Part shown: piece after piece, positions 45,235-54,881 of the stretch | How positions within the stretch are numbered: the stretch's first letter is position 1 | Layout: every line of letters starts with the position of its first letter | Assembly (NCBI GenBank): GCA_003539495.1 | Contig: DPPB01000031.1 | Location: 21,407-85,406, forward strand | Origin: Oscillibacter sp. | GTDB taxonomy: Bacteria > Bacillota > Clostridia > Oscillospirales > Oscillospiraceae | Direction: 5' to 3' | Length of the DNA: 64,000 bases | Notes under the pieces: generated by a model | The model's input: only the letters and a program-made list of their open reading frames with translations | Told to the model about the DNA's origin: nothing | Databases searched by the model: none | Program-made: the position numbers and the translations under genes

Positions 45235-46491
45235 TTATCCTTTATACATGGGATACCGCTCCGTCAGTTCCCTTACAGCATCCAGAATAAACGCCCGATC
45301 CGCCGGGTCATTGCGGCAAGCCAGATGAATACACCGGGCAATAGTCTCCATGTCGGCGGAGCCAAAGCCCCGGGTGGTGACACAGGGAGTGCCTATGCGC
45401 ACGCCGCTGGTGACCATGGGCTTTTCCGGGTCGCCGGGAATGGCGTTTTTGTTCAGGGTAATGTGCAGCCCATCCAGCCGCTCCTGCAAATCCCGGCCGG
45501 TAATGCCATGGCTGCGCAAATCCACCAGCATCAGGTGGTTGTCCGTGCCGCCGGATACCAGGTCGAAGCCGCTGTCCCGCAGGGCATTTGCCAGGGCAGC
45601 GGCGTTTTCCACCGTCCGCCGGGCGTAATCCCGGAATGCCGGCTCCATAGCCTCTCGAAAGCACACGGCCTTCCCTGCGATGATATGCAGCAGCGGGCCG
45701 CCCTGCATACCGGGGAACACGGCGCTGTCAATTCTCTTGGCCCACTCCGCCTTGGCCAGGATCACACCGCCCCGGGGGCCCCGGAGAGTCTTGTGGGTGG
45801 TAGTGGTCACCACGTCGGCATAGGGCACGGGGCTCTCATGCTGTCCGCCGGCCACCAGCCCGGCAATGTGGGCCATATCCACCATCAGCAGTGCCCCGTA
45901 GCGGTGGGCAATGTCCGCAAATGCCTTAAAATCCAGCGCCCGGGGATAGGCCGAGGCTCCGGCCACCAGCAGCTTGGGTCGGGCCTCTTTCACGATGTCC
46001 TCCACCCGGTCATAGTCGATGCGCCCGGTCCGGGGATCCACCCCATAGCTGACAGCCCGATATAGCTTCCCCGATTGGTTCACCGACGCCCCATGGGTCA
46101 GATGTCCCCCGCCGGAGAGGTCCATGCCCACAAGGGTGTCCCCCGGCTGCAGCAGAGCCGCATAGGCCGCCAAATTTGCCTGGGCCCCGGAATGGGGCTG
46201 CACATTGGCGTGCTCTGCACCGAAAAGCGCCTTGGCCCGGTCAATGGCCAGCCGCTCAATCTCGTCCACATATTCGCATCCGCCGTAATACCGCCGCCCG
46301 GGATAGCCCTCGGCGTACTTGTTGGTCAGGCAACTGCCCATGGCGGCCATCACCGCCGGGGAGGTGATGTTCTCCGAAGCGATGAGCTCAATATTCTCCT
46401 GCTGCCGCTGATACTCCCGCCGCAGCCACGCGGACACCTCTCCATCCTCCCGGGCCAGATAGTCCATGCTTTCCTTCAAAAAATTCTCCAT
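45235..46491 (-). CDS. glyA: Serine hydroxymethyltransferase
   Basis: MENFLKESM…[15 protein letters not shown]…, a PLP lysine region and the full GlyA collinearity. Start ATG 46491. Confidence 0.95.
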   Translation of the reverse strand: MENFLKESMDYLAREDGEVSAWLRREYQRQQENIELIASENITSPAVMAAMGSCLTNKYAEGYPGRRYYGGCEYVDEIERLAIDRAKALFGAEHANVQPHSGAQANLAAYAALLQPGDTLVGMDLSGGGHLTHGASVNQSGKLYRAVSYGVDPRTGRIDYDRVEDIVKEARPKLLVAGASAYPRALDFKAFADIAHRYGALLMVDMAHIAGLVAGGQHESPVPYADVVTTTTHKTLRGPRGGVILAKAEWAKRIDSAVFPGMQGGPLLHIIAGKAVCFREAMEPAFRDYARRTVENAAALANALRDSGFDLVSGGTDNHLMLVDLRSHGITGRDLQERLDGLHITLNKNAIPGDPEKPMVTSGVRIGTPCVTTRGFGSADMETIARCIHLACRNDPADRAFILDAVRELTERYPMYKG

Positions 46492-46576
46492 GGTGTTGTC
46501 TCTCCTATACCGTCTTTCCCGTTCAATATTTTGCTGCAAGCCCCCTGCCGGAAAACCAAAGGTTTTCCGGCAATGT

Positions 46577-47473
46577 TCATTCCATATGCGGCCGCTCATC
46601 ACCCATGAAGAACACCGCCACGGTGCCCTTGCCTGCGTGAGAGCCGATGATGGTGCCGATGTCGCACTGAACGATTTTGCCCCTTAGGTTGGGAAACTTC
46701 TCCCCGATGGCGTCCGTCAGCAGTTTGGCGTCCTCCGGGCAATCAGAGTTGCAGATATAGCACCGTCCGGCGTAATCTGCGCCGTTTTGGGCGTGCTGCA
46801 GCATGTTTTCCACCGTCACGGCCACGGCCTTTTTCTTGCCCCGGACCTTGTCGTAGGCGATGATGCGCCCCTCGTCGTTCAGGCGCATGATGGGGCAGAT
46901 ATTCAGCACCGTGGCCACCATGGCCGCCGCGCCGGATACCCGGCCCGTCCGCCGGAACTGGGTCATGTCGGAGGAGAAGAACTGATGGTGTACCTTGTTG
47001 CGGTTCGCCAGCACCCACTGGGCGGTCTCCTCCAGGGATCTCCCCGCGTCCCGCAGGTCCGCTGCCTCGTCCACCAGCAGGCCATAGCCCGAGGAGGAGC
47101 ACAGGGAGTCGATGACCTGGATCTTCCGCTCCGGATACTTCTCCCGCAGCGTCTCGGCGGCGATGTAGGCGTTGTTCACCGAGCCGGACTGACCGGAGGT
47201 GAAGGCAATGTGCAGCAGGTCGCCCTTTTGCAGCTGCTGCTCGAAAAACTCCACATAGGTAGCCACGTTGACCTGGGAGGTCTGGGGGAGCTTCCCCTCC
47301 TGTAAAAACCGGTAAAACCGGGGCAGGGCCTCCGGATCCCGGCCCATGTCGTCCACATATTCCTGCCCGTCCACTACATAGGTGTAAAACAGAACCGGAA
47401 CCTGCCGCTGCACCAGATGCGCATAAGGGAGGTCTACCGTGGAGCAGCAGGAAAGCGTAAACTGGCTGTTCAT
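46577..47473 (-). CDS. degV: DegV-family fatty-acid-binding protein
   Basis: 298 aa with the DegV/EDD fold pattern (…CCSTVDLPY…, …[14 protein letters not shown]…). Confidence 0.8.
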   Translation of the reverse strand: MNSQFTLSCCSTVDLPYAHLVQRQVPVLFYTYVVDGQEYVDDMGRDPEALPRFYRFLQEGKLPQTSQVNVATYVEFFEQQLQKGDLLHIAFTSGQSGSVNNAYIAAETLREKYPERKIQVIDSLCSSSGYGLLVDEAADLRDAGRSLEETAQWVLANRNKVHHQFFSSDMTQFRRTGRVSGAAAMVATVLNICPIMRLNDEGRIIAYDKVRGKKKAVAVTVENMLQHAQNGADYAGRCYICNSDCPEDAKLLTDAIGEKFPNLRGKIVQCDIGTIIGSHAGKGTVAVFFMGDERPHME

Positions 47474-47555
47474 TTCCCTCCATCTCCTTTTTCATTAATG
47501 ATATGCTATATTATGTAAACAAATCTATTATACCAAAATCTGCCGCATTGTCAAT

Positions 47556-47588
47556 AAAAACCGCCGCCTGCATAGGCGGCGGTTTTTC
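47556..47588. terminator. Bidirectional intrinsic terminator after the M18 aminopeptidase gene
   Basis: aaaaa-ccgccgcctg-cat-aggcggcgg-ttttt. Confidence 0.8.
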
Positions 47589-47601
47589 GGGTCAGGTCGT
47601 T

Positions 47602-49002
47602 TCACTCCGCCTCGTAGATAGCCTTGCAGCCCTTATAGGTCATATAGCAGTCCAGCTTGGCCACGGTCTCAAAGGGGGCGTGCATGCTCAGCACAGGGAC
47701 GCCCGCGTCCAGGGTGGCAATGTTGCGGTTGGCCATATACATGGCCACGGTGCCGCCGCCGCCGGCATCCACCTTGCCCAGCTCCGAAATGTGCCAGAGA
47801 ACATCTGCCTCGTCCAGCACCCGGCGGACATAGGCCACCGTCTCCGCCGAAGCATCGGAGGCGCCGGACTTGCCCCGGGCGCCGGTATACTTGCATAGGC
47901 CGATGCCGTAGTTGACAAAGGCGGCGTTGCGCTTTTCAAATACCTCCGGGAAGTTGGGGTCGTAGGCCGCCGTCACATCGCAGGAGAGGCAGAAGGAGTT
48001 TTCATAGCACGCCCGCAGAGGCACACCCTGCCCGTCGCACAGGTCGTGCATAAAGGTATCAAAGGCGGCGGACTGCATACCCGTAACGCCCATAGAGCCG
48101 ATCTCCTCCTTGTCCGCCAGCATACACACGGCGGTCTTGGTGGGATCAGCAAGCTCCAGGATCGCCTGCAGGCCGGCGTAGCCGCACACCCGGTCATCGT
48201 GGCCGTAGGCACCGATGAGGCTGGCGTCCAGGCCGATGTCCGTGGGCTGGGCCGCAGGGACGGCCTCCAGTTCGGCGGAGGTGAAATCGTCCTCGGTGAT
48301 GCCGTACTTTTCAAACAGCTTCTCCAGAATATGCATCTTCACCCGGTCCTTTTCGTCCTCCTCACCGGAGGGGCAGGAGCCCAGGAGAATATTCAGGCTC
48401 TCGCCGGGTACAGCCTCGTTGAGAGGCTTTTTCCCCTGCTCACCGCCCAAATGGGGCAGCAGATCGGTGATGACAAACTTGGCCTCGTCCCCCTCACCCA
48501 GCCTCACGGGCACCACGGTGCCGTCCTTCTTGGCCACCACGCCGTGGAGCTCCAGGGGGATGGTCACCCACTGGTACTTGCGGATGCCGCCGTAGTAATG
48601 GGTCTTGAAAAAGGCCATCTCGCTGTCCTCATACAGAGGATTAGGCTTCAGGTCCAGCCGGGGAGAGTCGATATGGGCGGCCACGATGTGTGCGCCCTGG
48701 GCCAGGCTCTCCCGGCCTATCACCGCCAGCATGACGCTCTTGTCCCGATTCACCCGATAGATTTTGTCCCCGGCGGCCAGGGCCGCGCCCCGCTCATAGG
48801 GCTTGAAGCCCGCCTTTTCCGCCAGCTCCACGGCCACCCGGGCGCACTCGCGCTCGGTTTTGCCCTGCTGCAGAAAGGTCTTATACAGGCCGCAGTAGCG
48901 CTCCATGGCCTGCAGCTCCTCCGCCTTGATGCGGTCATAGCCGTTCTTCCGCGGAGAAAGCAGCTTTTCCCGCAGGGCCTCTCTTTCCTCACTCATGGTC
49001 AA
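47602..49002 (-). CDS. M18-family aminopeptidase (aspartyl aminopeptidase-like)
   Basis: 466 aa with metal-ligand segments HIDSP, GAYGHDDR, MLADKEEIGSMG and MHAPFE. Confidence 0.75.
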   Translation of the reverse strand: MTMSEEREALREKLLSPRKNGYDRIKAEELQAMERYCGLYKTFLQQGKTERECARVAVELAEKAGFKPYERGAALAAGDKIYRVNRDKSVMLAVIGRESLAQGAHIVAAHIDSPRLDLKPNPLYEDSEMAFFKTHYYGGIRKYQWVTIPLELHGVVAKKDGTVVPVRLGEGDEAKFVITDLLPHLGGEQGKKPLNEAVPGESLNILLGSCPSGEEDEKDRVKMHILEKLFEKYGITEDDFTSAELEAVPAAQPTDIGLDASLIGAYGHDDRVCGYAGLQAILELADPTKTAVCMLADKEEIGSMGVTGMQSAAFDTFMHDLCDGQGVPLRACYENSFCLSCDVTAAYDPNFPEVFEKRNAAFVNYGIGLCKYTGARGKSGASDASAETVAYVRRVLDEADVLWHISELGKVDAGGGGTVAMYMANRNIATLDAGVPVLSMHAPFETVAKLDCYMTYKGCKAIYEAE

Positions 49003-50617
49003 ATACCTCCCAAATCAATTTTCTGAAAAATGTCCGTGCCTGGGCCTCAAATTCTCCGGCGCTATCCGCCCGGTTATACAGCAGCCGCCCACAGCGGCTT
49101 TCATAGTACTCCTCCGGTCGCTGGGCGCCGATGCGCAGCCGGGCATAGTCCTCGGATATGCCGTCCCGGAGCATGATACGCTGCACCCGCTGCTCTCTGG
49201 GTGCCAGCACCGCCACCGTCTCCCGGCAGTAGGCCGCCAGCCCGCTCTCAAACAGGTTGATGGCGTCCAGCCCCACAATCAGCTGCCCCTCTGCCTCCCG
49301 GCGGATCACCGGCAGCAGGTGGAAATTCACGATATCGTTGAGTCTCTGCAGGGCGTCCGGGTCGGAGAAAACGATGCCGCCCAGCTTCTGCCGGTCCAGC
49401 TTCTCCCCGTCGAACACCTCGCCGAAGGCCCGGGTAATATCCCGGCGCAGGGCGGAATTCGCAGCCAGCTCCCGGTGATACACGGCGTCGCAATCGATGA
49501 TCCGTCCCCCCAGGGTCTCCAGCGCATGCAGGGCGCTGGTCTTACCGCTGCCGGTGCCGCCGGTGATGCCGATGACAAGCTCCGGCAGACGGTCCGCGTC
49601 CACAATGTGAAAGCCCGCCGCCTTCTTCAGCCGGTTGCCCACCGCCAGGCCCAGGCCGGTATCATCCGGACACTGGGCATAGATATGTGTAACATCCGTG
49701 CTGTCAAACCGGCGCAGGGCGTCAAAGACCCGGTGGGCCTGCTGGGCGGTATCCTCCGCCGCTCCCAGGGATTGCAGCGCCCGGCCGGCAAACCGCTGCC
49801 GGAACTCCTCAAAGCAGATGACACCCTCCCTCTCCTGCAGCGCAGCCTGTATAAATGCAGCGCTGCGTTCGGGCCGGCCGGTGACCACCGTCACCGGGGC
49901 GTGGGGGGCATAGTGGCGATACTTCATACCCGGAGCCCGGGGCGGCTCGCTGCCCGTTACCTTCTGTGTAACGGCCTTGTCCACGGCCACCTCGCCCAGA
50001 ATACGGCGCAGGTCCTCCAGCGGCAGGCCGCCGGGACGCAGGAGTCGGGGCGGGCTGACGGTGAGGTCGATAATGGTGGATTCCACCCCCACCCGGCAGG
50101 GCCCGCCGTCCACGATGCCGTCTATCTTGCCGTCCATATCCTCCAGCATGTCGGCGGCGCTGGTAGGGCTGGGCCGGCCGGAGGTATTGCCGCTGGGGGC
50201 GGCCACAGGCACTCCCGCCGCCCGGATAATAGCCCGTGTAACGGCGTGATCCGGGCAGCGGACGCCCACGGTCTCTAAGCCCCCGGTGGTGCGCAGGGGC
50301 ACGATGGCTTTGCGGGGCAGGATCATGGTCAGAGGCCCCGGCCAAAACTCCCGGGCCAGGCGGTAGGCCGTATCCGGCACAACTGCGCAGAACCGCTCCA
50401 GCCAGCCGGCCTCCGGCACATGGAGGATCAGGGGATTATCCTGGGGACGACCCTTGGCCTGGAATATGTGCCCCACCGCATCCTCATTCAAGGCGTTGGC
50501 GCCCAAGCCGTAGACCGTTTCCGTGGGGATGCCCAAGAGGCCCCCCTCCCGGAGGATCTGTGCCGCTTCCTTGATTTCATTTTCCCCATTTTCTGGGTGA
50601 AATACCCTTGTTTTCAA
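48989..50617 (-). CDS. tsaC: Fusion of L-threonylcarbamoyladenylate synthase (Sua5/TsaC with the Sua5 C-terminal domain) and dephospho-CoA kinase (CoaE)
   Basis: The N-terminal YrdC fold (…GLLGIPTETVYGLGANAL…) plus the Sua5 domain. The C-terminal ~200 aa have P-loop IGITGGTGSGKTS and CoaE collinearity. Confidence 0.8.
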   Translation of the reverse strand: MKTRVFHPENGENEIKEAAQILREGGLLGIPTETVYGLGANALNEDAVGHIFQAKGRPQDNPLILHVPEAGWLERFCAVVPDTAYRLAREFWPGPLTMILPRKAIVPLRTTGGLETVGVRCPDHAVTRAIIRAAGVPVAAPSGNTSGRPSPTSAADMLEDMDGKIDGIVDGGPCRVGVESTIIDLTVSPPRLLRPGGLPLEDLRRILGEVAVDKAVTQKVTGSEPPRAPGMKYRHYAPHAPVTVVTGRPERSAAFIQAALQEREGVICFEEFRQRFAGRALQSLGAAEDTAQQAHRVFDALRRFDSTDVTHIYAQCPDDTGLGLAVGNRLKKAAGFHIVDADRLPELVIGITGGTGSGKTSALHALETLGGRIIDCDAVYHRELAANSALRRDITRAFGEVFDGEKLDRQKLGGIVFSDPDALQRLNDIVNFHLLPVIRREAEGQLIVGLDAINLFESGLAAYCRETVAVLAPREQRVQRIMLRDGISEDYARLRIGAQRPEEYYESRCGRLLYNRADSAGEFEAQARTFFRKLIWEVFDHE

Positions 50618-50725
50618 ACTGAATTTCCTCTTTATAATATATCATTAACAAATAAAGCTTCTCGTAAAAATCCTCGCAGTGTTTGCGTCCGCAGGCGCAA
50701 GCTCCGCAGCAATTCTCGCCTACTG

Positions 50726-51370
50726 TTACAGGCCCAGATCCTCGCCCACCAGAACCACCTTGATGCGCTTGGCCGGGCGGCACAGGCGGGTATGTACAAA
50801 GTGGCAGCAGCAGCTGTCAGGACTCATGCAATCGGCGCACAGGCCCGTGACATTACAGGGGGTCTTGGCCGCCGGGAAGCGCTGCACCACGCCGGGGGCG
50901 GTATAGCCGCGCACACGGCTGTAAGCCGCATCCATGTCCGGCACCACCTTGTTCATGCCCGCCACCACAATGACCTGCTTGGGGCCATAGCAGAAGGCGG
51001 CTACACGATTTCCGTTGCCGTCAATGTTGAAAAGCTGGCCATCGGCGGTGACAGCATTGGAGGAGGTCAGGAAGGTATCTGCCAAGAGGCCCTGGCGCAT
51101 CAGCTCCACCCGTTCCTCATTGGATTGGGCGGAGTCCCGGTCGATAAGTCTCTGGCCCCGGGCCCGAAGAAGGTCCTTGATCCCCAGCTCGTCCACCGTA
51201 AGGGTGCCGCCCCAAGAGACCGTATCGTCTGCAGAGATCAGCTCCAGCACCTTTTGCACAGCGGCGTCTCGGTCAGGGCAGTAATATGCCTCAAAATACC
51301 GCTTGTTCAAAGCCTCGGCCACCTTGGGTCCAGCCTTATCATACTGCATTTTTCTGGGTTTCAACATCAT
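50726..51370 (-). CDS. LUD-domain protein (YkgG/LutC-like lactate-utilisation family) with a C-terminal Cys-rich tail
   Basis: …TADGQLFNIDGNGNRVAAFCYGPKQVIVVAGMNKVVPD… is the LUD/DUF162 fold pattern. C-terminal CADCMSPDSCCCHF. Confidence 0.55.
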   Translation of the reverse strand: MMLKPRKMQYDKAGPKVAEALNKRYFEAYYCPDRDAAVQKVLELISADDTVSWGGTLTVDELGIKDLLRARGQRLIDRDSAQSNEERVELMRQGLLADTFLTSSNAVTADGQLFNIDGNGNRVAAFCYGPKQVIVVAGMNKVVPDMDAAYSRVRGYTAPGVVQRFPAAKTPCNVTGLCADCMSPDSCCCHFVHTRLCRPAKRIKVVLVGEDLGL

Positions 51371-51388
51371 CTTTTCCTCCTTATCTGA

Positions 51389-52465
51389 TTAGTTGTTGGC
51401 CTGCTGTAGTAATTTCTCAGCCTGCTGCTGGGCAGTGAGGGCGTCAATAATCCCGTCCAGATTTCCATCCAGCACCGGGCCAAGGGGAAAGCTTTTGCTT
51501 TCGCCGGACAGACGGTGATCCACCACAATCTTCTCGTGGAACCGGTAGGTTCGGATCCTCTCGGCCCGTTCGGCCCCGCCGATCTGACTTCTGCGCAGGG
51601 CCGCCTGGGCGGCGTCCTCCTCCGCCCGCTGCCGGGCGTAGAGGCGGGAGCGCAGGATTTTCATAGCCCTGTCCTTGTTTTTATACTGGCTGCGCTCGTC
51701 CTGACACTCTGCCACCAGACCCGTAGGCAGGTGCGTAATGCGGATGGCGCTCTCGGTTTTATTCACATGCTGGCCTCCGGCGCCGCCGGAGCGGTAGGTG
51801 TCTATGCGCAGGTCCTCCGGGGCGATGTAAAGCTCCGTCTCCTCCGCCTCAGGCAGCACCGCCACAGTGGCGGTGGAGGTGTGGATTCGCCCGGCGCTCT
51901 CCGTCTCCGGAACACGCTTGACACAGTGGGTACCTCCCTCAAACTTCAGCCGGGCATAGACCCCGGCCCCCTCTACGGTGAGGGTGGCCTCCTTCACACC
52001 GCTTAGCTCCGTGTCGCTGCGGTGGACCACATCAGCCTGCCAGCCGCAGCTATCGGCATAAAGCAAGTACATACGAAGAAGGTCTGCGGCAAACAAGGCC
52101 CCCTCCTCGCCGCCGACCCCGGCCCGCAGCTCCAAAATCACGCTGCGTCCGTCGTCGGGATCCTTGGGCAAAAGCAGCAGCTTCAGCTCCTGTGTGAGCC
52201 GATTCTGCCGCTCCCGGGCCTCCAGCAGCTCCTCCCGGGCCAGGTCCCGCAGCTCCGGGTCGGCAAGCATCCCCTCCGCCTCCCGCTGCATGTCCCGGGC
52301 CGCTTCCAGCTCCCGAAAGGCTATCACCACCGGTTCAAGCTCCTTCTGCTCTCTTGTCAGATCCCGCAGACGGGCAGGGTCGGCATACACCTCCGGCTGG
52401 GACAGGAGCAGCTCCACCTCCTGCAGGCGCAGGGCCGCCCGCTTCAGCTTTTCCTCCATGCTCAC
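51389..52465 (-). CDS. prfA: Peptide chain release factor 1
   Basis: GGQ motif SGGAGGQHVNKTESAIRITHLPTG and the PxT-region domains. Confidence 0.95.
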   Translation of the reverse strand: MSMEEKLKRAALRLQEVELLLSQPEVYADPARLRDLTREQKELEPVVIAFRELEAARDMQREAEGMLADPELRDLAREELLEARERQNRLTQELKLLLLPKDPDDGRSVILELRAGVGGEEGALFAADLLRMYLLYADSCGWQADVVHRSDTELSGVKEATLTVEGAGVYARLKFEGGTHCVKRVPETESAGRIHTSTATVAVLPEAEETELYIAPEDLRIDTYRSGGAGGQHVNKTESAIRITHLPTGLVAECQDERSQYKNKDRAMKILRSRLYARQRAEEDAAQAALRRSQIGGAERAERIRTYRFHEKIVVDHRLSGESKSFPLGPVLDGNLDGIIDALTAQQQAEKLLQQANN

Positions 52466-52947
52466 AGCCCCAGGGCGTTTTTGGTGTCCTGGATGAACTT
52501 ATCCCGCCAGAACTCGTAGCCCGCATCGTCCGGCCGCAGAGACACATCCGTCAGACGCATACGCTTTAGGAAGGTGGCCATGTGGGCCAGCACATCATCG
52601 CAGCGGTCGGCGCCGCCGCGGGTGACCACGCAGGAAACCTGGGGCAGCTTCCCGGCATTTTGGGCCAAAAAGCTCTTGACGGGGCTGGCGCACCGGCCCG
52701 CCCAGGCAGGAGTGCCGATGATGACCAGGCGATATTCCTGGAGCGGCCGCTCCGTCTGCACGGGGGCAATGGGGCATAGCTTTTTGCTCATAGCCTCCAG
52801 GCCTGAGCGCAGATAGCCCCGAAGCTTGCTGCGATCCTGGCCATCCTCAATTTTCACCAGCTCCGCACCCAGAGCCTGGGCGATCTCGCCCATAGCCTTC
52901 TCCGTTCTCCCGGTGCGGGAATAATATACACACAAAATGTCGCTCAC
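52462..52947 (-). CDS. Flavodoxin-family protein
   Basis: 161 aa. MSDILCVYYSRTGRTEK is the flavodoxin FMN-binding loop. Confidence 0.7.
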   Translation of the reverse strand: MSDILCVYYSRTGRTEKAMGEIAQALGAELVKIEDGQDRSKLRGYLRSGLEAMSKKLCPIAPVQTERPLQEYRLVIIGTPAWAGRCASPVKSFLAQNAGKLPQVSCVVTRGGADRCDDVLAHMATFLKRMRLTDVSLRPDDAGYEFWRDKFIQDTKNALGL

Positions 52948-52985
52948 TGCTGTGCGCTCCTTTCTGTCATCCTTCGTTATCTTGT

Positions 52986-54881
52986 TTACTCCTCCAGCTG
53001 CAGGCTCAGCTCCTCCCAGCGGGCCATCTGCTCCTGCAGGGTGTTTTCCGTTTCCATTTTTTTTGCGTAGACCTCCGCCAGCTTATCCGGATCCCGCCCC
53101 ACCTGCTGCATCTGGCCGTCCAGGTCGGCGATCTCCGTCTCCAATTTAGATATGGTGTTCTCGCAGATGGTCAGCTGCCGCCGGGCTGCCTGCTGGGAGC
53201 GGTTTCCCTTGGCAGGGCGGGTGTCTCCCTTCTTTTCCCGGACGGGCGCAGGCGTACGCTCCTGCTTTTCCTGGGCCTTCACGGCCTGATACTGGGTAAA
53301 GCCCATAGGATAGTCCGTAATAGTGCCATCGGCCAGCTCCCAGATGCGGGTGGCAAAGCGGTTTATAAAGTATCGGTCATGGCTGACAAACAGCAATGTG
53401 CCGTCAAAGGCCTCCACTGCCTCCTCCACCCACTCCCGGGCGGCAATATCCAGATGGTTGGTGGGCTCGTCCAAAATGAGAAAGCTGGTCTGCTCGTCCA
53501 TGAGCATACACAGCCGCAGGCGAGAAAGCTCGCCGCCGGAGAGGGCGGAAACACTCTTGAACACGTCCTCCCCCTGAAACTGGTACTGGGCCAGGCGGTT
53601 GCGGGCGCTCTGAGCGGTCATGCCCTTTTTCTCGTAGAGCATGGTGTCCAGGAGGCTCCGCTCCGGGTGGGCAAAGCGAATGATCTGTGGCAGGTATGCC
53701 GTGACCACTGCAGGCCCAAGGCGGATGGAGCCGCTGTCCGGTCGCTCCTGGCCCACGATCATATTCAGCAGTGTGGTTTTCCCGGTGCCGTTTTCACCCA
53801 AGAGGGCGATGCGCTCCCCCGGCTCCACCCGGAGATAGACATCCGAAAGCAGTGTTCTGTCCCCAAAGGACTTGGTAAGGCCCCGGAGCTGCAGCACCTC
53901 GTCGCCCCGAAACTCCCGGCTGGCAAACTGGGCATTCATCTTCTTGGCCTTGGTGGGCTTTTCCGTAGTGCGCATACGCTCAATACGCTTTTCCATGGAG
54001 AAGGCCCGCTTATGAAGGGCATCGTTACCCATGAAGGCCCACAGGTGCATCTGATCGGCGGCCTTTTCCAGCTGCCGGATCTTGGCCTGCTCCTTAAGAT
54101 ACTGCTTCATGCGCTCCTGGTAGCGCCGCTCCTTTTCCACGGCGTAGAAGCTGTAATTCCCGCTGTAAAACGCCGCCTTGCCGTCGGCAATTTCGATGAT
54201 GCGGGTAACGGTGCGGTCTAAAAAATAGCGGTCGTGGGAGATGGTGAGGACGGTGCCCCGAAACTTGGAAATATACTCCTCCAGCCACATGGTGGCCTGA
54301 AGGTCCAGGTGGTTGGTGGGCTCATCCAGCAGGAGGATATCCGTATCCTCCAGGATCAGGCGGCCCAGGTTCACCCGGGTCTTTTCGCCGCCGGAAAGCT
54401 CAGAGAAAAGCCGGCTGCGCATGGAGTCATCGATGGTAAGGCCATTTGCCACCTTGCTGACGGCGGTATCGGTGTCCCAGCCTCCCAATCCCTCGAACCG
54501 GGCAGAGAGGTCGCCGTAGCGCTTTAAGGTAGCGGCGCTGCTGTCCCCAGCGGCCATTTTTTCCGCCAAGGCATCCATCTCCCCTTTCAGCCGCTCCATC
54601 CGGGAAAAGGCCGTGCGCAGCACATCCTCCACAGTGTATTCCGCCGGGTAGACGGGGATCTGGGAGATGAGGCCCAGGCGCTTACCGGGAGCAATGAACA
54701 CCTCGCCCTCGTCATAGTCCAGCTCTCCGGTGAGGATCTTAAAAAGGGTGGTCTTCCCCGCCCCATTGCGGCCCAAAATGCCCACCCGCTCACCGGTATC
54801 GATCTGAAAGGTGAGGCCGTCCAATATTTTCTTTTCCAGGTCGAAGGACTTCACAAGTCCCGTGACGCCAATGTCGATCAT
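52986..54881 (-). CDS. ABC-F family ATPase (tandem ABC domains; translation factor / ribosome-protection type)
   Basis: Two Walker A motifs (GRNGAGKTT, GENGTGKTT), two LSGGE signatures, an inter-domain linker and a C-terminal coiled-coil extension. Confidence 0.85.
   Translation of the reverse strand: MIDIGVTGLVKSFDLEKKILDGLTFQIDTGERVGILGRNGAGKTTLFKILTGELDYDEGEVFIAPGKRLGLISQIPVYPAEYTVEDVLRTAFSRMERLKGEMDALAEKMAAGDSSAATLKRYGDLSARFEGLGGWDTDTAVSKVANGLTIDDSMRSRLFSELSGGEKTRVNLGRLILEDTDILLLDEPTNHLDLQATMWLEEYISKFRGTVLTISHDRYFLDRTVTRIIEIADGKAAFYSGNYSFYAVEKERRYQERMKQYLKEQAKIRQLEKAADQMHLWAFMGNDALHKRAFSMEKRIERMRTTEKPTKAKKMNAQFASREFRGDEVLQLRGLTKSFGDRTLLSDVYLRVEPGERIALLGENGTGKTTLLNMIVGQERPDSGSIRLGPAVVTAYLPQIIRFAHPERSLLDTMLYEKKGMTAQSARNRLAQYQFQGEDVFKSVSALSGGELSRLRLCMLMDEQTSFLILDEPTNHLDIAAREWVEEAVEAFDGTLLFVSHDRYFINRFATRIWELADGTITDYPMGFTQYQAVKAQEKQERTPAPVREKKGDTRPAKGNRSQQAARRQLTICENTISKLETEIADLDGQMQQVGRDPDKLAEVYAKKMETENTLQEQMARWEELSLQLEE

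Noticed and set aside
46492-46576. GC hairpin gccggaaaacc-ttt-ggttttccggc between degV and glyA as a possible riboswitch/attenuator
   Set aside because: The stem is short and no flanking conserved riboswitch-like sequence is recognisable. It is most simply a weak terminator or RNA-stability hairpin after degV.
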